Shown piece after piece: positions 34,735 through 39,576 of a stretch of 39,576 bases of DNA. Under the pieces are notes generated by a model. That model saw nothing but the letters and a program-made list of their open reading frames with translations. It was not told where the DNA came from and searched no databases. A program made the translations under genes and the position numbers. The number at the start of each line of letters is the position of its first letter. Positions within the stretch are counted from its first letter, which is position 1. Source of the stretch: Candidatus Glassbacteria bacterium RIFCSPLOWO2_12_FULL_58_11 (GTDB lineage Bacteria > Gemmatimonadota > Glassbacteria > GWA2-58-10); contig MFIX01000256.1 of assembly GCA_001780825.1 (NCBI GenBank), positions 1 to 39,576 on the forward strand. The letters are read 5' to 3'.

Positions 34735-35967
34735 TTACCAGAGGTCTGTCAGCCACTGTTTCATGCGTTCCAGTATCTTGTTGAACATAGAGCTTTCATC
34801 GCCGTGGAACCGCGCCTCGCCGGGGATCTGCTCGCTCCCGTACATGACCAGGCCCACGCCGGTGGCGAACTTCGGGTCATCCACCATGTTGACCAGTCCG
34901 GAAATTCCGGTCGGCTTGCCGACCCTTACCGGCAGCTTGGTTATATCCTCGCAGAGCTCCACGATACCGCTCAGCCCGCTCGTGCCCCCGCACAGCACGA
35001 TCCCGGCCGCCATCAGGTCGCCGAATTCCTCGATTTCGCGAAATGCCAGCCCGACTACCTCCTCCATCCGGGGCTGGATGATCGAGGCCAGGAGCTGGCG
35101 GGAGACCTGGCGCTCGGCATGGTTCGCCGCGCTCGGGACATTGATCATCTCGTGGGCCTCGACCATCGAGGACAGGGCGCAGCCGAATTTTTCCTTGATC
35201 TCGCGCGCCCGGTGCGCCGGAGTCCTGAGGCCGATGGCGATATCGTTGGTAAGGTTATCCCCGGCCAAACCGATCACGCTGGTGTGGCGGATGCTGCCGC
35301 GCGAGAAAAAGGCAATGTCGGTGGTCCCGCCGCCGATATCAAAAAGCGCCACGCCGAGGTCCTTTTCATCCTCGCTGAGCACGGCGTAGCTCGAAGCCAG
35401 CGGCTCCAACACCAGGTCATAGACCTCGAACCCGGCGCGGTGGATGCTTTTGACGATGTTCTGGGCTGAGGCTACCGCGCCGGTGACTATATGCACCTCA
35501 GCTTCCAGCCGGATGCCGCTCATCCCGACCGGATCGCGGATCCCGCGTTGGTCATCAACAATGAACTCCTGCGGGATGACGTGAATCACCTCGCGCTCCA
35601 TCGGGATGTGGGCCGCCTGGGCCGCCTCGATCACCCGCCGGACATCATCCTTGGAAATATCCGAATGCTCGCGCGAGACGGCGATAATGCCCTTGCTGTT
35701 AATCGAGCGGATATGGTCCCCGGCTATTCCGGCGAATACGCCTTTTACCTCCACTCCGGCCATCAGCTCCGCATCCTCGACCGCCTTGGTGATCGATTGT
35801 ACGGTTTTCTCGATGTTCACCACGACGCCGCGCCGCAAGCCCTCGCTCTTGGCCGTACCCACGCCGACGATTTTCAGAAACTCCTCATCCTCGGAGCGCT
35901 CGGCGATTATAGCGCAGATTTTCGTGGTACCAATATCGAGGCCAACTATGACATCGTCTTTCGCCAT
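34735..35967 (-). CDS. ftsA: Cell division protein FtsA
   Basis: It has an actin-like ATPase fold (VGLDIGTTKICAII; FDIGGGTTDIA) at 410 aa. GAGGAGGA lies just upstream of the ATG. Confidence 0.95.
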   Translation of the reverse strand: MAKDDVIVGLDIGTTKICAIIAERSEDEEFLKIVGVGTAKSEGLRRGVVVNIEKTVQSITKAVEDAELMAGVEVKGVFAGIAGDHIRSINSKGIIAVSREHSDISKDDVRRVIEAAQAAHIPMEREVIHVIPQEFIVDDQRGIRDPVGMSGIRLEAEVHIVTGAVASAQNIVKSIHRAGFEVYDLVLEPLASSYAVLSEDEKDLGVALFDIGGGTTDIAFFSRGSIRHTSVIGLAGDNLTNDIAIGLRTPAHRAREIKEKFGCALSSMVEAHEMINVPSAANHAERQVSRQLLASIIQPRMEEVVGLAFREIEEFGDLMAAGIVLCGGTSGLSGIVELCEDITKLPVRVGKPTGISGLVNMVDDPKFATGVGLVMYGSEQIPGEARFHGDESSMFNKILERMKQWLTDLW

Positions 35968-35981
35968 CGGTCCTCCTCGCT

Positions 35982-36028
35982 CGGCCGGAGCTTGAATTTA
36001 TGGATTCCACCGTGGGTCGCTCCGGCCG
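35982..36028 (-). promoter_or_regulatory. GC-rich 10-bp-stem hairpin just upstream of the ftsA ribosome-binding site
   Basis: CGGCCGGAGC (35982-35991) and GCTCCGGCCG (36019-36028) are perfect complements with a 27-nt loop. On the minus-strand mRNA the 3' arm ends 3 nt before the GAGGAGGA Shine-Dalgarno sequence. Confidence 0.35.
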
Positions 36029-36116
36029 GAACTCCCCTTGCTCCAACTTCCATTTCGGATCAGCGGAATCGTAAAACGGAATTATTCAACAGTTCTTAGT
36101 TTTTTTAGCGACGGTT

Positions 36117-36920
36117 TCAGCCGCCGAAGCTTGTTTTTACCACGATCTGGCCTTCGAAGCTCAGGTCGACCAGAGCGGGTTTATCCTCCCGGCTTTTCAG
36201 CTCCCCGAGCATCCATCTCAGGTAGTCGATATTTTTGGCCTCCACCCATTTGCCCAGCACCACTCTCAGCCCGTCATCCAGGGTCACCAGGACCACCTTC
36301 CCCTCTTCGTTCAGGGTAAACTCGCTCACCCCCGGCAGCATGTCCGGGGCCAGCTTGCCGAAGGCGATCACGGCCTGGACCAGCTGACGGCCCTCTTTGT
36401 TGAGCTGCCGCCTGCCGCCCTCCTCGGCTGAAGGCAAGACACCCGCCGCACGGGGGGTGATAATCGGCAGCTCGAAGCCATAGCGGGTGACATCCAGCGG
36501 CAGCACGCAGCTCTCCTCATCTACCGGCACCAGCTCGCCGAGATTGACCAGCGCCACCGGCTTTCGCTCCTCGACCTGGACTTGCAGGCAATCCGGAAAT
36601 TTCCTTAAGAGACGCACCTGCTTGATCAGCGGCTGATCCTGAAGGGCCTTTTTCGCCGGTCCCAGGTCCGAGAGGATGCTTTTGCCTGAAAACAGGCTGA
36701 GGCATAAGGAATCCAGGGCGGACCTCTCGATAAAGCGGGTTTTATCCACTGTCACCTGGCGGATCGTAAAGTAACCGTCGATATCGAGCTTGATTGCCGC
36801 ATAGGCCGAACAGACCGTGGCCAGCAGCAGCACGAGCACTTTGACCGCGCTTCTCCGGCTCCGACCCCGCCTGGAGAATGAAGATTTCCTCGAGTTTTTC
36901 TTTCGGTTGCCTCGCACCAT
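36117..36920 (-). CDS. ftsQ: Cell division protein FtsQ (POTRA domain)
   Basis: It has a basic N-terminus, one TM helix (VLVLLLATVCSAYAAI) and a POTRA-like FTIRQVTVDKTRFIERSAL segment. Its position between murB and ftsA supports the call. Confidence 0.85.
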   Translation of the reverse strand: MVRGNRKKNSRKSSFSRRGRSRRSAVKVLVLLLATVCSAYAAIKLDIDGYFTIRQVTVDKTRFIERSALDSLCLSLFSGKSILSDLGPAKKALQDQPLIKQVRLLRKFPDCLQVQVEERKPVALVNLGELVPVDEESCVLPLDVTRYGFELPIITPRAAGVLPSAEEGGRRQLNKEGRQLVQAVIAFGKLAPDMLPGVSEFTLNEEGKVVLVTLDDGLRVVLGKWVEAKNIDYLRWMLGELKSREDKPALVDLSFEGQIVVKTSFGG

Positions 36921-36956
36921 GTCTCCCTCGAATCTTTTTGAACTGCCGGATATGTT

Positions 36957-37919
36957 TTATACCTTGCCCGGGGGGGATACGGCATAGGGAGCAAGCTCGC
37001 CCAGCTCTTCCCGGGTGAACCCGACCAGCCTGACCTCGGGCTCCAGGGTTATTCCGAACCGCGTGCGCACCACCCGCCGGACATGCTTGATCAGCTCCAG
37101 TATGTCCAGCGCGCCGGCTCCGCGGTTGTTTTCGATGAAATTCGCATGTTTCGGACTGACCTGCGCCCCGCCGATACGAAAGCCCTTGAGTTCCGCCTGG
37201 TCGATCAGTTTCGCCGCGATCATCCCCGGCGGGTTTTTGAAGGTTGAGCCGAAAGTCTTTTCCTGCCACGGATGCTTGAGCTTCCTGCCGTTTTGCAGCT
37301 CCAGAGCGCGCCCCCTCTGGCGTTCCGGGTCGCCGCCGGGCTGCCTGAGGAAAGTCAGCGTGGTGATCACTCCCGGCACCGGCGCCAGGCTGCTTCGATA
37401 ACTGGGCCTGAGCTGCCCCTTGCTGAAAAAGCGCCTCCGCCCCGAAGTATCTACCATGCACAGGGACTCCACCAGATCGCCCAGCTCCTTGATATGCGTG
37501 CCCGCGTTCATCGCCGCGGCCCCGCCCACCGAACCTGGGACGCCGCTGAGTTCCTCGAACCCGGCGAAAGAGGCCGCGACCGCTCTTTCGACCAGACGGG
37601 CGAGGGGCACCGCCGCTCCGCAGGTAATTTTCCCTTCGCTCTGGCGCAGGCGCCGGAAGGAGCGGCCCAGGTGAATCATCACGCCGGGGAAGTCGCGGTC
37701 GCTTAGCAGCAGATTAGTCCCGCTGCCCAGAATGAAAAACGGGCCGTCCAGCTCTTTCAGCAGCTTCTGCAGGGCGCTTACCCTCTCGACCGAGGCATAG
37801 TATCTGGCCCGGCCGCCCGTACCGATCGCGGTCAGCGAGGAGAGCGGAAAGTTCTTCAGAAAGCTCAGCCCCTCTGCGCCGGAAAGTTTCTCTACCAGGT
37901 TCCGCTTTCCGGACTTCAT
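36957..37919 (-). CDS. murB: UDP-N-acetylenolpyruvoylglucosamine reductase
   Basis: It has the FAD-binding N-domain (TAIGTGGRARYYA...FFILGSGTNLLLSD) and MurB C-terminal motifs (GSTFKNP; GGAQVSPKHANFI). Confidence 0.9.
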   Translation of the reverse strand: MKSGKRNLVEKLSGAEGLSFLKNFPLSSLTAIGTGGRARYYASVERVSALQKLLKELDGPFFILGSGTNLLLSDRDFPGVMIHLGRSFRRLRQSEGKITCGAAVPLARLVERAVAASFAGFEELSGVPGSVGGAAAMNAGTHIKELGDLVESLCMVDTSGRRRFFSKGQLRPSYRSSLAPVPGVITTLTFLRQPGGDPERQRGRALELQNGRKLKHPWQEKTFGSTFKNPPGMIAAKLIDQAELKGFRIGGAQVSPKHANFIENNRGAGALDILELIKHVRRVVRTRFGITLEPEVRLVGFTREELGELAPYAVSPPGKV

Positions 37920-39310
37920 TCCTTTGCTCTCCCCAGCAGCTCGAGGAATTTCTCTCCTACCCGGTAAATGTCCCCCGCGCCCAGGGTAACCACCAGATCG
38001 CCCGGGCGAGAGAGATCGACCAGCGATTCCGCCAGAGTTTCTTTGTCCGGGTGGAAAACCACCTGACGGTGGCCGCGGTCCCGAGCCGCCTCAGCCACCA
38101 TCTCTCCGGTCACTCCCGGGATCGGGTTTTCGCGCGAGCCGTAGATCGAGGTCACCACCAGCACGTCCGACTGCATGAACGAGCCGCCGAACTCGGCTGA
38201 CAGGTCCCGGGTACGGGTATAGAGGTGTGGCTGAAAAACGGCGACAATCCGGCGCTGCCAGCCTCTTTTCAGGGCCTCGAGCGTGGCCTTGATTTCCGTG
38301 GGGTGGTGCGCGAAATCATCGAATATCAGCCGGCCCCCGGCCTCGCCTTTCAGCTCCGCGCGCCGGTGCACGCCCTTGAACTCGGCCAGCGCGGCGGCGA
38401 TCTTGTCGAACGGCACGCCGAGCTCGAGGCTTACCGCCACCGCGGCAAGGGCATTTTCTATATTGTGTTTGCCGGGCACTTGCAGCGTGAGTTTTCCCAG
38501 GGGCCGGCCCAGGTGTGAAACCAGGCACTCGGTGCCGCCCCGGACATAGGCGATATCTCCGGCCTGCAGGTCAGCCTGGGCGCTCTCACCGTAGGTCAGC
38601 AGCCGGCGCTCGATCCGCGGGATGATCGAGACCAGCGGACTGTCATCCATGCAAGCTACCACCGTGCCGTAGAACGGGACCTTATTGGCGAACTCAGTGA
38701 AAGCTTCCATTATTTTCGCCAGGCTCCCGTAACAGTCGAGGTGGTCGGAATCGATGTTCGTGATCACCGCGATCGAGGGGCTCAGGCGCAGAAATGAGTG
38801 GTCAAACTCATCTGCCTCGGCCACGAACAGCTCGCCGGCTCCGCGCCGCGCATGCTTTCCCAGGGCGCGCAGGCGGCCCCCCACTACCACGGTCGGATCC
38901 AGCCCGGCCTGCTCCAGCACCAGGCCGATCATCGAGGTGGTGGTGGTTTTCCCGTGGGTCCCGGCCACGGCGATGCCGAATTTCATCCGCATCAGCTCGG
39001 CCAGCATCTCGGCGCGCCGGATCACCGGCACCAGCTTCCTGCGGGACTCGGCTACCTCGACATTATCCTCGCGGACCGCCGAGGAAATGACCACCACATC
39101 CGCCTCGCCGATATTTTCCGGCTGGTGTCCGATATGCACCGCGGCTCCCAGGCTGGCCAGCCGCTCGGTGGTCGGGCTGGCGGTCAGGTCGCTGCCTGTC
39201 ACCCGGTAACCGTCCTCGAGCAGGATCTCGGCAATGCCGCACATCCCGGTCCCGCCGATCCCGACCAGGTGGATTTTCTTGACCTTCCTGTACATGTCGA
39301 ACTTAGCCAT
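37916..39310 (-). CDS. murC: UDP-N-acetylmuramate--L-alanine ligase
   Basis: It has IHLVGIGGTGMCGIAEIL and GTHGKTTTTSM. Its stop overlaps the murB start by 4 nt. Confidence 0.95.
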   Translation of the reverse strand: MAKFDMYRKVKKIHLVGIGGTGMCGIAEILLEDGYRVTGSDLTASPTTERLASLGAAVHIGHQPENIGEADVVVISSAVREDNVEVAESRRKLVPVIRRAEMLAELMRMKFGIAVAGTHGKTTTTSMIGLVLEQAGLDPTVVVGGRLRALGKHARRGAGELFVAEADEFDHSFLRLSPSIAVITNIDSDHLDCYGSLAKIMEAFTEFANKVPFYGTVVACMDDSPLVSIIPRIERRLLTYGESAQADLQAGDIAYVRGGTECLVSHLGRPLGKLTLQVPGKHNIENALAAVAVSLELGVPFDKIAAALAEFKGVHRRAELKGEAGGRLIFDDFAHHPTEIKATLEALKRGWQRRIVAVFQPHLYTRTRDLSAEFGGSFMQSDVLVVTSIYGSRENPIPGVTGEMVAEAARDRGHRQVVFHPDKETLAESLVDLSRPGDLVVTLGAGDIYRVGEKFLELLGRAKE

Positions 39311-39576
39311 TTTCGGCCACCGGCTTCCAGCGGCTGATGTTGTTGAGAATGCCGACCGCCCAGAAGGTGATTACCAGGTTGGTGCCGCCGAAACTGAAAA
39401 AAGGCAGCGGCAGGCCCGTTGTCGGAGCGAGGCCGGAGACCACGGCCACATTCAGGATCGCCGAGGCGAAGATCATCAGAGTGAGGCCCGAGGCCAGCAG
39501 GAAGCCATAATAGTCCGGCGCTCCCTTGGCGATTTTCACTCCCAGGTAACAGAAATAGCAGAAAGTGATTAAAACC
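39303..39576 (-). CDS. ftsW: SEDS-family peptidoglycan polymerase FtsW, C-terminal part (the gene runs off the right edge)
   Basis: The frame is open to the window edge. LNVAVVSGLAPTTGLPLPFFSFGGTNLV is the conserved FtsW/RodA C-terminal motif. The stop overlaps the murC start by 8 nt, and dcw context supports the call. Confidence 0.8.
   Translation of the reverse strand, partial: VLITFCYFCYLGVKIAKGAPDYYGFLLASGLTLMIFASAILNVAVVSGLAPTTGLPLPFFSFGGTNLVITFWAVGILNNISRWKPVAENG

Noticed and set aside
1-39576. CRISPR arrays, tandem repeat arrays, tRNA/rRNA/tmRNA/SRP genes, IS elements, integrases, toxin-antitoxin pairs, reverse transcriptases and known defence-system genes.
   Set aside because: Reading both strands, I saw no regularly spaced direct repeats, no T-loop or anticodon architecture, no transposase or recombinase motifs and no nuclease, ATPase or RT genes outside the housekeeping set. 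The only repeats present are the short REP-type palindromes.

Overview
This is a 39.6-kb, GC-rich, gene-dense chromosomal window from a diderm-type bacterium, judging by Tat and lipobox signals and a dcw division cluster. I found no rRNA or tRNA genes, CRISPR arrays, transposases, integrases, phage genes or recognisable defence genes.

Gene content, left to right:
- 1-11.5 kb is a glycan (possibly sulfated-glycan) utilisation neighbourhood. It holds a partial DUF4091/GH123-like gene (found by hand, absent from the ORF track), a clan GH-A hydrolase, a CUT2-type sugar ABC importer (ATPase, permease, binding protein), a Tat-exported Gfo/Idh/MocA (GH109-like) enzyme and a Cys-type sulfatase. An orphan B12-binding radical SAM/DUF4070 gene interrupts it.
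- 11.5-14.3 kb is a visibly AT-richer convergent two-gene islet. One gene encodes a protein with four 29-residue MshEN/T2SSE_N-like repeats and a possible CheX-like C-terminus. The other encodes a YjiK/phytase-like beta-propeller. The islet is bounded by the two longest non-coding stretches of the window, and one of them carries a GC-rich nested multi-hairpin.
- The plus strand then carries rfbA-rfbC-rfbB-rfbD-vanZ, hisS, aspS, phoH, a 7TM-HD (PgpH-like) gene, ybeY, two DUF21-CBS-CorC paralogues, mgtE, recO and a membrane SH3 protein.
- The right end, on the minus strand, reads ftsW (partial)-murC-murB-ftsQ-ftsA-ftsZ-DUF4416-M23 peptidase.

The main non-genic structure is a family of GTAG-headed palindromic REP/REPIN-like elements (TGTAGGGGC...GCCCCTAC) at 2795-2861, 4012-4039 and 30942-30969, with degenerate relatives at 14119-14147 and 25378-25406.

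Several ORF-track starts are upstream over-extensions or non-ATG starts (TTG/GTG). I corrected them where a Shine-Dalgarno sequence supports it.

I did not find a convincing multi-gene novel system. The best leads are listed with modest scores, and all functional calls come from motif recognition by eye, not database searches.
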